64,000 nucleotides of DNA from Glaucostegus cemiculus (Eukaryota): the NCBI GenBank assembly GCA_976551045.1, contig CDPCPM010000025.1:4774001-4838000 (forward strand). Reading direction: 5' to 3'. The notes beneath the pieces were generated by a model, which was given only the letters and a program-made list of their open reading frames with translations, had not been told where the DNA came from and searched no databases. Shown here piece after piece: positions 25,146 through 38,099 of the stretch. How positions within the stretch are numbered: the stretch's first letter is position 1; each line of letters begins with the position of its first letter. Made by a program: the position numbers and the translations under genes.

Positions 25146-27404
25146 TTGTAAGTCATGTGTCCTACTCTTACCAGAGCCACTCTTGAGGAGTCTGTCATTG
25201 AAGCCATCCATAGAATTCTCACAGATGTTGCAATGGTCAATATAGAGCCATCTTCTTTATGGAAATTTGGGTTCGGCTGACTGCACTGATATTTACCGCA
25301 GATCTCCACCACTGACGCCATGATACCTGATTATCCTTTGAAAAAGAAAGATGCCCACACCTGTCTCTGACCTGCTACTTCTGGTTCAGGCTTTCCAATT
25401 GATGCTTACTATTTGAGACAATAGCTCCCATTAAGAACCACTTATTTATGATCAAAGAAAATGGTCAGAAATCATACTTGTAAGATTGGATTACTTGAAT
25501 CACTGTGCTTTACCTTGCTGAAGATTTGGGAATTCCATTGTTTATGGGCATAGCTCTTTCAATGTTGCAAGTATCAGAGAAATTGGTGTGCTTGAAGTCA
25601 AATTTTATTTCATAATTTTCCTGAAAACCATCAACGTCCTTGGGATCCCTTGCCAATTTAAAGTTTTTGTTACTGGTCTTTCAATCCTGCGCTATAGAAT
25701 AATTTACTGAGTCATTTGGGAGAGACTCTGGTATACCCTGTGTTCAATGAGCTCAGGGTGCCTTGTAATCTGATGAGTGAGTCTGATTGTGACTTATAAT
25801 TATGTACCTCAGTTACAGAGCCAAGTATTCACATCAGACAGTTCCTCATGATGAACTCCAGGTTGCAACTAAGAAGATGAATAGTTAAAAATCAGATCTC
25901 TCTTTCACATTGCATGTTTATCTAATGAAGAGCTGATCCAGCTAGATAGTAAAAATTCAGCATTTGTTTTGTACTGTTAGTATATCTGAGCCAGACAGTA
26001 GTTACATGCTACAATTAACTTCAATAGCTGGGGTAGAACAACATCCAGAATTATCATTCTGATTCATTCTCCAGTAACCACTGCAAGGGAAATACACTTT
26101 AATGCTATTGGACCACAAGATTTTGCATTGGTATGAGACACCTGGGGTTAAGTATACCACTGACACTCACTTTCAACTCACACATGAATATTAACCTCAG
26201 ATAGGGTAATGTTTGGGACTTGGTGTCCAGTGAATCTTACTTAAATTGTGCAACACTTTCAAGGAAGAAAGTAGGAAAGAAATTATCAAGAGCTAAGAAA
26301 TAAAACAATGAGGTCTGAATAAAGAGGTTCAGAAGTTACAGCTAAAACTGAGTGCAGGAATGGGATGTCCCTGATACAGAGTCTCATTTAAATGGGACCT
26401 GTGAGCTATGATATCTGTTGGGCATCCTCAGCAGTCTGAAGGGAAAGTGGCTTTGAATTACAGTCCAAGTATCTATAGTGTGAAAACATCCAAAATCAAA
26501 ACTTCATGAAGCAAGTGACTCTTCAAGAAATATTTATGAAGCTATCAATCCAATCAATCCTATCAATCCAGACATGATACGTCTTACAACTAACATTTAA
26601 TGACTATATTGGCTACAAAATAAACAGATTTATGGTCTGGATTTGTCCACAGTCTGAATAATGCTCAGTCCTAAGGAATTTGGATAGGAGATCTTTGATT
26701 ATACTTTAGCCTAGAGCTCCTAAACCCCAGACAGTATAGATCCAATCTGCTTAATCTCTCCTCATTTGACAAACTCACCATCCCAAGAAATCTTGAAGCC
26801 AGGATTATGCCCCTTAGCACCTTCCACACCTCACCCTGGAAAGCAGATACAGTGTGGAATTGTGACAATGAATAATAGAAATCAATCAGCAACCAATCTG
26901 TATGTGTATGATGTTTCTGTTAAATTGCACAAGCAGGCAGAGCTGTTGCTGAACTTGTTTTAAGTTGTGCACAGAGAAATGCAGGAGTTAGTTGGAGTGT
27001 TGAACTCTGAAAAGGTAGATAGAGGTGCATCAGATCAACATTTCACATCAATTCACATCACGATCTGGCCACACTGTATACTTTTGACATACTACATGCT
27101 AATGTTGTTCCTAATTTGCAGCCAACATGGCTCATGCCATATGTCTATGCTTCAGACCCCATATTTAAACCAATGTGTAACCTTAGTGACAGCTTTGACA
27201 ACATGTGAGCTGGTGAGTGTGAACTCACTGGCCATCGGAACCATTCAGGGATCCTGGGTGGTCACTTGCACTCAGCAAGTGAAGCACCCTGTGATGTGTT
27301 GGGACTGGTTGATCAGCTGGAGGATGGCCTTCTACGAAAGGACCACCCCCATGACCAAGCTGGAAGAAACGTTGTGGTTCTCAGGAAGCGTGGGCAGGTA
27401 TATC

Positions 27405-27705
27405 AAATTATGAAAGGCACAGATCAAGTAGTTAGCTGGTGTCTGTTTCCCATGGTAGAGGTGTCTAAAACCAAAAGGCATAGTTTTAAGGTGAAAGGGA
27501 TCTGAGAGGTAAATTTTTCACACAATAAGTAGTTAGTATCTGGAGACAGGAACAGAACCAGCATTAAAGAAGCATCTGGACAGGTATTTGAATGAGGAGG
27601 GCATAGAGGGAAATGGAATTAATGCAGGCAAGTGGATTTGTATAGATAAGGATAGATGCTGTGGGCTGAACTGCCAGTTTCTGTGCTGTCCAACTCAATG
27701 ACTCA
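27405..27705 (+). mobile_element. CR1 3' fragment
   Basis: 'KIMKGTDQV..LFPMVE.SKTKRHSFKVKG' coding pattern and 3' UTR gtgggctgaa..ttctgtgctg. Confidence 0.75.
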
Positions 27706-28465
27706 TCAGTCAGCAGATCTGGCCCAACATGTTATATTATATACATGGTGGTAATTCCTTTTTAGCTATTCCATGCTTAGCTGTGTGGTATTGGAACACA
27801 AAATAAATCTTTTGAATGATGAGGATTAAATAGATTTCCTACAGTCTGGTTCACTGACTTTCCTTTCTAATGAAATGAATTTTGCTTTTTCACAATCAGC
27901 CATTTCTTTACAGTTTAATTTTTATTTTTCAACTCAGACAGTTTTCAGCTTCAATTAATTTTCATTCTGACACAGCAACTGACCTAGAAATAGCAATCCC
28001 AGCTATGATGCGTGTCTTCCAGCTTACTCAGTTCCCATCCAAAAGACATGTAACTTAGTGCAAGAGCAGGTGTAAAGGAGAGGTAGCAGGACAAAGCACC
28101 CATCAATATATCAATAAGCAGGAAAATGACACATGGCCCTAACTTGGCAATATTTCAACAAGTTGTGAGACTCTGCCACCCACCAGTGCTCAAAGAAACT
28201 TACCAAAATTGTGTTCTATTCACCTGAATCACTAACATACTTGTAGATTAGACCAACAGCAAAGAGAAGGGGACATAAAGTCCATTCATGCTCATTTTGA
28301 TTTTATTCCTTAAATGTGTGATTGACTAAAAGTTTAAATTTTGAGACTTCCATGAATTATTCTAAATGTCACAGTAGCATTCCTTGCAGGAACTACTCAG
28401 CTCAAGCTGATAACCCAATTTCAATTTGCCATATGAGCTGAAGGAATGAACATATAAAAATTAAA

Positions 28466-28873
28466 TGTCACAATGTTGATTGAAGAACAAGCTCACAGAG
28501 AACCCAAATGCAGCACACTGGTACAAGACTGGAGTCAGGATACTTCCTCAGGACCAGACACAGGCAACACTGGAAGGAATCTTGCCTCAGAGATCTGAGT
28601 AGTAATCCCAACACAAACTGAATCTTCAAGCAGGACTAGAGAACATAGGACTGCTCTGGAGTAGACCACTCTAAGCAGCTAGGAACCAAACTGGATCTTT
28701 ACAGTTGACCAATCCTCTGGCAACTAGTACTAGAGAAACCCAGGTACTTATGCTAGTCCCCTGATGGGGCTCAGGTGTGTGTCATTATGCAATCAGTCCA
28801 GCATGGAATCCATGTGCTGTACAACAAGGCATCTAAGGAACCAAACCAAGGGCCAGTACTCAGAATCATGACA
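28466..28873 (-). mobile_element. Solo LTR (408 bp), probably Gypsy
   Basis: TGTCA...TGACA termini flanked by an exact 5-bp TSD TTAAA (28461-28465, 28874-28878). Orientation inferred from a ctgcatttgggttc motif near the minus-strand end. Confidence 0.8.
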
Positions 28874-29158
28874 TTAAATGTGAAAGCTAGTAAATACAAG
28901 TATAAAGTCCTGCACATAGGAAGGTGACATGCAAACTTCATGAATTCCAGTGAAATTGTTAATGATAAATCTAAACAAGAACAAGAAATTTTGATGGAAG
29001 GAATATGGCTTAACCAATGCATAAAATCCATCAACATAGTTATATTGGATGTAGAACTACATGGGTGACGCAATATAATAAACATCAGGGCAAAAGTGAT
29101 TGCATTGTATACCTTGAGTATTCTCTTTGAGGCCATAAAAACCAAAAACGACATTCAA

Positions 29159-29460
29159 GGGCAGGCACAGTAGTGTAGTGGTTAGCATAATGCTATTACA
29201 ACAACAACAACCTCCGTTCAATTCCGGCTACTGTCTGTAAGGAGTTTGTACATTCTCCCCGTGTCTGCGTGGGCTTCCTCCAGGTCTTCTGGTTTCCTCC
29301 CACATTGCAAAGATGTACAGGTTAGGAGGTTGTGGGTTAGGAATGTTGATGCTGGAAGCATGGCAACACTTGCGGGTTGCTCCCAGAACATTCTATGCAA
29401 AAGATATATTTCACAGTGTGTTTTGATGTACATGTGACTAATAAAGATATCTCTTATCTT
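29159..29460 (+). mobile_element. tRNA-derived V-SINE (HE1-like) with non-CR1 tail
   Basis: A/B-box-like head (tagtgtagtggtt; gttcaattcc) and V domain ggagtttgtacattctccccgtgtctgcgtggg..tttcctcccaca; tail gtacatgtgactaataaag. Confidence 0.85.
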
Positions 29461-30622
29461 AAGAACTGAACATGCCATCTTCAAGAGGAAGAGGCATAGG
29501 CAAGTGCCCAATATTAGACGTCTGAGCTTTGAGGGAAAACAGGCCAGAGCACCTATAGTGCAACTTCTCAAGGTAGTCTGAAATATGTATGAGTCCATCC
29601 ATTTGTATACATGCCTACATAACAGGCACAATACCACCCACATTTTAGGTATATTATGCTTGTTTTTGGTCCAGAACAATCCAAAATAAATCCACCATCA
29701 TCAAAGTCCATGCAGAAACACACACCGAGTAGGTTAAATGGCAAGAGGTGTTTGGTTAATGCTTGACTTGAAAACAGTAGGACATTTAGCAATTGGAAAC
29801 TTTCAGAATAAGCATGCTTGTAGAGGTAAGAGTTTCTAAGCTTCAACAGATGGCAATTTTTTTCCTCAGTCAATTTCATGTCGAGGTTAGGTTAGATTTG
29901 ATGAAATGATTGAGAACATTGTAATTAGATGTGTGATTTGGCGGACTGGCACCGAGATGTTTACATTTACCTAAAGGTAAATACATTGCTGTTTGGTATA
30001 TTTATATACACACTTGAAAAGTGTTGCATATTGTTTTGTCATCAAAGCTGTGGGCAACTTAGTTACAAACCTGAGAGCTCTGAGGTTTGCTACCTACACT
30101 GCTTTGATTTAACTGACTTTAGCTAAGTTGGGAGGAGTATAACAGTTGATTCAGTGCTTCCAAGGCAGAAAGAAAATAATCATACATTTCACTCCCTATC
30201 AAGTGGTATTGTTAGAAGTGTGCATTAGTGGATGTTAGGGCTTTGTTATTTTGCTTTCAGGGTAAAACAGTTTGGCCATACCCATTGTTCTTTTCATTGC
30301 AATGGAATAACTCAAACAGACAGGTGACAAGGGGAGTGAAATTAATATTGGAAATGAGTGGACAAGAACTCAAATTTATAATTTTGTCTTTTGAGAATGT
30401 AAACAAGCAAGTCTAAGCAAGTATTTAAATAGTGGCAATAAATAGAACAGACGGTACTTTTAGATGAGTAGTCCATGTTGAATTTATCTTAGCTGTTGAT
30501 TATTCACTTTAAACTTAGCTGTTGAATATTCATTTTAATTTCCGCCTTTGGTTATAATGAACCAAATATTTTTGGCATTCACTTCATAATCACCAGTTTA
30601 GTAATATTGTGTAATAATAACA

Positions 30623-31367
30623 TGCTGAGAACCAAGTAATGAAAAATGCACTCATCTCATTCAGGTGTTTTCTTTCCCCTACTGATGATGCTGTTATGTA
30701 GATGTACAAGCAAAGAAACTTGGTACATCTCTGAAACTTAATCACCTGTGTAGTCCTGTCTTTCTGCTGTGCATGTGAATAGATCAAACAATAATCCACT
30801 CGGAAAATATCCTTTATATGGTCAAAACATATCTGCCTAGCAATTCTGATGTAGCTATACAGGTGCACAGAAAAGTACAGCAAGGGGACTTTGATGATCA
30901 TTACAGTCATTAATGCCCCATTGTAAACTTCATAGAGTCATACAGCACAGAAACAGGTCCTTCAGCCCAACTCGTCCATGCTGACTCAGATAGACTTCAT
31001 GGTCAGCATGGACGAGTTGGGCTGAAGGACCTGTTTCTGTGCTGTATGACTCTATGATGTTTACAATGGGGCATTAATGACTGTAATGATCATCAAAGTT
31101 CCATTGCTGTGCTTTTCTGTGCAACCTTATTCTAACATTAGAATTGCTAGGTAGATATGCTTTAACCGAATAAAGGATATCTTTCCAGTGAATTATTGTT
31201 TGATTGATTCATATGCACAGCAGAAAGACAGGACTACACGTGATTACGTTTTAGAGATCTATCAAGTTTCTTTGCTTATACATCTACATCTACATAACAG
31301 CATCGTCAGTAGGGGAAAAAAACACCTGAATGTAATGAATGCATTTTTCGTTACTTGGTTCTCAGCA
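30623..31367. repeat. Long inverted repeat/palindrome: arms 30623-30985 and 31002-31367, 16-bp spacer
   Basis: The arms are reverse complements over ~365 bp; the inner 98 bp have one mismatch. The ORFs 30590-30910(-) and 31188-31391(+) mirror each other. Confidence 0.97.
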
Positions 31368-32452
31368 ATAATCCTAAACCAGGAATGCTAATGTGCTGAT
31401 GATGAAGGAACAAGGGGAAGGCGTGCAGTGAAGGGTGAGTGCAGTTGGAACAAACCCTTGCTGCCACTTACACAACATTTTCATTTGGAAGTTGCTGTGG
31501 GGATGGGTGGGGTGAATGGGAATCATTTGGAATATGCAGAATAGATACATGCTAATGGGAAAGAAAAATTCCAAGAGGAAGACCCATCTACTGTGTTTAA
31601 CTAAAAAGAATAAAGATGAAAGCAAACTTAAAGAAAAAGACATATTGTTGCCCAAAGAAAGGTGGAAGGTCAGAAGATTAGAGAAAATATAAAAAACAGC
31701 AAAGAATGACTGAAAGATTAATAACAGAAAATTAGAGTACAAGATAAAGTCAGCTACAAATGTAAAAACAGGTAGTAAAAGTTTCTTTGTGTAATTAAAA
31801 TAAAACTAGTTAAAAAAGTGACAGTTGTAATAAGTGGGTCTGGGGAATTAGTAATGGAGACTAAGGATATGGCAGGAGAATTAAACAAGTATTTTGCTTT
31901 GGTTTGTATGATTTATCAATGTTTCCAGTCATCTTGTGTATTCAGTCTTATGTGCTGGAAAATGTCCCTAGAATTTCAATGTGCATCTATATTATCATTA
32001 ACCTGTGTTGTGTCCTCTTCGGAATCCTCTGAAGCAGTATGAATAATAAGCCAGCACATAGATTTTCCTTGACTTCTGTTTGGCTGTGGTTCCCTAGTTC
32101 CAAATATCTCTCTTAATCTATGACATATTGGAAGCAGATTAACTAGACTGATACCTAGAATGGCCAGATTGTCCTCGTGGTACCAGTATGTGAACTGATG
32201 CTTAGCAAGCTTTGACCTAATGACTCTGTGTGTATTTTTATTCAACTCTTCATTCAAGAGTTTAAATGGATCCCACCTCTTTCTCCACCACCTCTTCTTT
32301 GTATGTTTGGGTTTGCAGTGACAATGTTTCTCTCCAGAAAGCCCACAAAAAACAACTCAAAAGCAATAAAATGACAGTCTGCATTCCTCACCATTACGTG
32401 GCCAGTGGCTAGCACAGATGAAGTTTCTAAGACGGAATGATCATTTCAGTAA

Positions 32453-32712
32453 GGGGCAGCACAATAGCGTAGCGGCTAGCGCAACGCTGTTACAGCACCA
32501 GTGATCGGGGTACGATTCCCGTCGCTGTCTGTAAGGAGTTTGTACGTTCTCCCGTGTCTGCGTGGGTTTCCTCCGGGTGCTCCGGTTTCCTCCCACATTC
32601 TGAAAGACGTACGGGTAGGTTAATTTGGGGATTTAAAATGGGCGGCGTGGACTCGGAGGGCCGAAAGGGCCTGTTACCATGCTGTAAGTAAAATTGAAAA
32701 TTAAATTAAATT
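32453..32712 (+). mobile_element. Young tRNA-derived V-SINE (HE1-like) with CR1-type tail
   Basis: CpG-rich head, V domain, tail gggccgaaagggcctgtt..(aaatt)n. Confidence 0.9.
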
Positions 32713-33774
32713 AAGGTAGGATATGATGAGCTGATAAAGGATGTTTGCATCCTAGGGAGAATGGTCACTTCCTCAGCTTTGGTCTGTGTATGCATGAGTG
32801 TATGAAGATGCACTGCGTTAACTATGTGGCTGAGTGCTGGCCAGTGAGCAAAGTTGAAATGATTACAATAGTCATGAGTGCAGTCTCCCTTATTTGGAAG
32901 CATTGTCTCATAAAAATGCATTTGCTGTTTTGCGCCCAAGCCCACATTTGAAAACTACTACCCTAATGCTGCAGCATAAATCAACAGAGGGAAATTGTCC
33001 AATGACTTTAACTGCCCTATTATAAATCAATGAATTTTTAACATATTATGGATTAACTTTGAATGCACAGCTCTGATGTTGCAAGATTGCAACTTTCAGG
33101 AGGTTTCTGTAATGTTGTGAAATATTTGACTTCGGTAAATACATCATCACTGCATTGTCAATTGTACAATAAAAATGAGGCTAAATTATGCCTATGACTC
33201 ATGCAAGTTGGTACATTGCAGTAACGTGTTAGTGATATCGTCTAGTGTATTTCCAGCAATTCACCCTCCAGCAATGTTGAATGTTACATGTGGCTGTAAA
33301 TAATCTAACATATCAAGAAAAATGCTAAATGTTTTACCACAACTGGACTGACTAGTACATACTACCAGTCACAGAGCTTAGAAATGTGATGAGTTTGTTG
33401 GGAAATAAATATTTTGAATATGGGAAGTGCATGTTATGAATAAGGCTATCAGCAGACATGTGATTATATTTTAGATTCCAAGATCATGATCAGTCAACTG
33501 CACCAGGTATAACAGGTATGCTCACTATTATTATGTACATCTGTACCTCTGTATTTGACTCCTACGTAGTTAAATCAGAGAGAGTGAAAAGTACTGTGAA
33601 TCATATAATTGAGCAATGGGCAATGATTCAAGATGTCATCAACTTCTGACCTGAGGCGTACTCTTTCTCCTTCCCCTAAACAGCAGAGAAATAGGTCGTT
33701 GGCCCACCATGCCCACTCCAACCATCAAGTCCTATCTATACTAATCCCATTTACCAGCTCTTGACCAATAGACA

Positions 33775-33930
33775 CTGAATTTCTCAGTGTCATCCAGAAA
33801 TGTCTTCCTCCATCTTGAGTAACCACAGGCCAGACATTCCCACGAGTCGGAATGTTACACTTTTTCAAAGAGGCCTTGAGAATGTCCTTAAATTGTTTCC
33901 TCCATTTACCTGGTAATCTTATGTCACGTT
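33775..33930 (-). mobile_element. RTE LINE 3' fragment
   Basis: ORF 33725-34000 contains RLPGKWRKQFKDILKASLKKCNIP. Confidence 0.7.
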
Positions 33931-34519
33931 CAAGCAGCCTTCTTTGTGATGCTGCATTCTGCAGAAAAATGTACTTCAAGTATGCAGGTATGATAGACAA
34001 ACTGCTATCTCCATTACCATATTCTACGAATAATATTGCCTCAGTTGTTTTTATAAAAAATTAGATATCCAGATTTTGAAGCACTTCAAAGACAATTAAA
34101 CTAAACTCATAGAAACAAAATTTCTCCATGAAATATACTTCTAGAAATGGTACGTGTTGACTCCCAATGTCTTCATCTCAATCAAGGTAAGGCTTGAGAG
34201 AGACTGAGGGCTAAATCTGTTCCAAGAGGCCTTCTCAGATGCTGATTAGATCACCATTAACATTACTATCCACCTTTAAAACAATCTTGTGTATATACCA
34301 TTTCTATCACAATATCAGTTTTCAAGGAATTATATCTTCAGTCTACATCCCAAGGTGTTCTGCGATTCAGGATAAATGATTCTAACCTGCCAGTGTGGTG
34401 GAAACCAACCAACATTGCTAGTATCCTGCATTGCTCTTATATTCTACAACTTTAACTCTCACTGCAAACCAGCAAGGGGAATGCTGTAAACTGATATGGT
34501 TTTCCTCTATGGTTTTCCT

Positions 34520-34720
34520 GCATGGAATGGGCTGCCGGAGATGGTGATGGAGGCGGATACATTAGGGTCTTTCAAGAGACTGTTGGATAGGTACATGGAG
34601 GTAAATAAGATAGAAGGCTATGGGTAAGCCTAATAGTGTGGGGACATGTTCGGCACAGCTTTGTGGGCCGAAGGGCCTGAATTGTGCTGTAGGTATCTAT
34701 GTTCTATGTTCTATGTTCTA
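34520..34720 (+). mobile_element. Young CR1 3' fragment with (CTATGTT)n tail
   Basis: Near-identical to 62949-63146. Confidence 0.9.
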
Positions 34721-34734
34721 ACTATCTGGGTCAG

Positions 34735-36188
34735 GCTCTGATGAGGATTGGAAGGTGGCAAATGTTGTCCCCTTATTCATAAAAGGTAGAAGGGAGTCCA
34801 GGGAATTATAGACCAGTGAGCCTTATGTCTGTGGTGGGTAAGCTGTTGGAAAGGATTCTTAGAGATAGGATCAATGAGCATTTAGAGAATCATGGACTAA
34901 TTAGGGACAGCCATCATGGCTTTGTGAAGGGAAAATCATGTCTCACAAGCTTGATAGGATCCTTTGAGGAAGTGACCAAGAAGATTGATAAGGGTAGTGC
35001 AGTAGATGTGGTCTACATGGATTTTAGAAAGGTGTTTGACAAGGTTCCACATGGTAGGCTTCATCAGGATGTCAGAGGGCATGGGATCCAGGGAAGCTTG
35101 GCCATGTGGATTCAGAATTTGCTTGCCTGTAGAAAGCAGAGGGTTGTGGTGGAGGGAGTGCATTCAGATTGGAGGGCTGTGACTAGTGGTGTCCCACAAT
35201 GGTCGGTTCTGGGACCTCTACTTTTTGTGATATTTATTAATGATTTGGATGAGGGGGGGTAGAAGGGTGGGTTATCAAGTTTGCAGACAACACAAAGGTC
35301 AGAGGTGTTGTGGATGATGTGGAGGACTGTAGGAGATTGCAGATGGATATTGATAGGATGCAGAACTGGGCTGAGAAGTGGCAGTTGGAGTTCAATCCGG
35401 AGAAGTGTGAGGTGGTACACTTTGGAAGGACAAACTCCAAGGCAGAGTACAAGGTAAATAACAGGATTCTGGGTAGTGTAGATGAGCAGAGGGATCTAGG
35501 GGTTCATATCCATGATCACTGAAAGTTGCCTCACAGGTGGATAGGGTAGTTAAGAAAGCTTATAGGATGTTAGCTTTCATAAGTTGGGTGATCAAGTTTA
35601 AGATCCGCAAGGTAATGATGCAGCTCTACAAAACTCGGGTTAGACCACTTGGAGTATTGTGTCCAGTTCTGGTCGCCTCATTATAGAAAGGATATAGAAG
35701 AATTGGAAAGGGTGCAGAGGAGATTTACCAGGATGCTGCCTGGATTGGAGAGTATGGGTTATGAGGGGAGACTAAGGGAGCTAGGGCTTTACTCTTTGGA
35801 GAGAAGGAGGATGAGGGGAGACATGATAGAGGTATACAAAATATTAAGAGGAATAGATAGAGTGGACAGCCAGCACCTCTTTCCCAGGGCACCAGTGCTC
35901 AATACAAGAGGTCATGGCTTTAAAGTAATGGATGGGAGGTTCAAAGGAGATATCAGAGGGAGGTTTCTCAACCAGAGAGTGGCTGGTGCATGGAATGCAC
36001 TGCCTGGGGTGGTGGTGGAGGCAGGTACATTGGTCAAGTTCAAGAGATTGTTAGATAAGCATATGGAGGAAGTTAAAATAGGGGGATATGAGGGAGGAAA
36101 GGTTTAGATAGTCTTAAGCAAGGTCTAAAGGTAGGCACAACATGGTGGGCTGAAGGGTCTGTATTGTGCTGTATTGTTTTATTGTTCT
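34735..36188 (+). mobile_element. 5'-truncated CR1 LINE (RT domain to tail)
   Basis: ORFs 34816-35262 ([21 protein letters not shown]), 35310-35522 and 35649-36107; 3' UTR and (TATTGTTC) tail. Confidence 0.95.
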
Positions 36189-36409
36189 AATTACATTATT
36201 GGGGTCAAGCTGCTATTTTAATGGTGACGTTGATTGGGGAAGTGGCTGTGATTTCCAACTGGTCAATCCGGCAAAGAGTAGGGTCCAGAAGAGGTTCAAG
36301 ATTCCCCTTGTGGTTAACTTTATAGGTTAACTTTATAGGTTCAGACAGGAGGAGCAGAAGCAACTACTCCCTATCTTGCTGTTACATTAGGATGAATATA
36401 GTAGGTTTC

Positions 36410-37020
36410 AAAGGTATCACCTTCAGTCTTCTAAACTTTAGAGAATACATGACTGGTCTCTTCAATATCTCCACAGTTGGCAAACTCACCATTCCAAGGA
36501 CGAGGTTAGAGAATCTTTGTTGCATTTTCTCTATAGCAAGTACATCCTCTTTTAGATCTTGAAACCAAAACTGTAAGCAATACTCTAGGTCTGGTTACCA
36601 AGGCACTATGTAATTACATGAAGACCTCTTTACTCCTCCACATCAATCTTTTTGCAATAAATGAAAACATACCATTTTCCCTCCAAACTGCTTGCTGCAG
36701 CTGCATGTTACCTTTCAGTGACTTGTGTACAGAGGCACTGAGGTTCCTCTGAGCATTAACACTTTCTCATCTGACATCTGCTTTTCTGTTTTATGCACCA
36801 AAGTGAATGGGCTCACATTTTCAAAAATTAATTTCCATTTACCATGTTCTCACCCTTTCACCTCTCAATCCCACCTAGTTGGAAATATGACATTTGGTCT
36901 CCTCAGCCAAATAATTGATATAAATTGTGAATAATAAGGCCCAAGCACTGATCTCTGTGATACCTTATTAGTCACAGCCTGCTGACCTTAGAAAGACCCA
37001 TTTATTCCGTCTCTTGCTGT
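36410..37020 (-). mobile_element. Degenerate CR1 fragment
   Basis: Reverse complement of the CR1 RT and C-terminal region (ccaaaactg..caatactc; ggcccaagcactgatc). Confidence 0.6.
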
Positions 37021-38099
37021 GTATAATTTTAAGAGCTAGTTGTGTGTAAACTGTGTAAGCTGTGAAATATGAGTTTGAAGTTTGCAGCAATGCTGTATGT
37101 TTGAGGATCCAATGAAGTAAATAAGTCCTGATTGATAAAGGTTGTTGTAGGTGATTGACAGATATTGAGAGGTCAGTGATACTCTTGGTGGTATACAGCA
37201 TTTGAAGATGCTTTCACTTGACCACACACTTGGGAACATTGAATTATCTATGAACTGCATCAAGGGTTGACCTTGGAGAGTTACCCCAGGAATTGACCAG
37301 TGCCTCCTATTGATTGCTGATTGTGGGCCTTGAGGGCCTTCTAGGCCCCTGCAGATTCAAGACTTTTATAGTTCATTGCACTCCCTGCATCAGCACCCCA
37401 GTGCAGATTCAGGGAAGTCTTTCTTTTGCATCACTCTTGAAAATCTCACATGTCAGAATGATAGAATGCTGCTGCTACAGTACACTGCCCCTTTGAAAGA
37501 TGCACCTTGCTTTAAGTGGTGCCAGTCTCTCACAAATTGGTACACCTGTTGAAGCATTAAACCAATGAACATCATGGTTGTAATTGGCATGCTGCTGATA
37601 TTGTAACACTGCTACCTGTTTTAGGGAGCTTTCTAGTTTAGTGCCTACAATGTGTTGAGAACAGTATGCATTATGGTCACCCTTGTGAGTTACAGTCCTC
37701 AGCGAAAGGAAGAGGGGAGTAAAACAAGAGAAAAGATTAAGAACAGAAGCATGGTTGGAGTCAGTGATTTGAAATAAAATGATGCAAATAATAAATGCAG
37801 TCATTTCTCCAGTGATTCACAGGATTTCCACAGAACTATGAGGGCAACTCTGAACTTTTGCGCGTTGGAAACACAGCATTAAATACCAGGAATACATATT
37901 AGAAAACTGGACATGAAGTTTGTTTGCCATTAAGAAGCGGAAGTCAGGCAAGCCACAGTATTCAGGTACAATAAGGAAAAACCTGCGTTGCTATAAAATT
38001 TTTCGTGACATCAGACATTACAAAACATTTGACAACCAAAGAAGTTGGGTTTCTGAATTGCAGTTACTTTGCAGATAACAAGCTCCCTCAATTAAACGC

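Noticed and set aside
26967-27413. 148-aa ORF as a host gene
   Set aside because: Non-ATG start, no domain, and it runs into a CR1 fragment.
30590-31391. Paralogous small proteins (30590-30910 minus and 31188-31391 plus)
   Set aside because: The similarity is a by-product of the DNA palindrome; frames are not conserved between arms.
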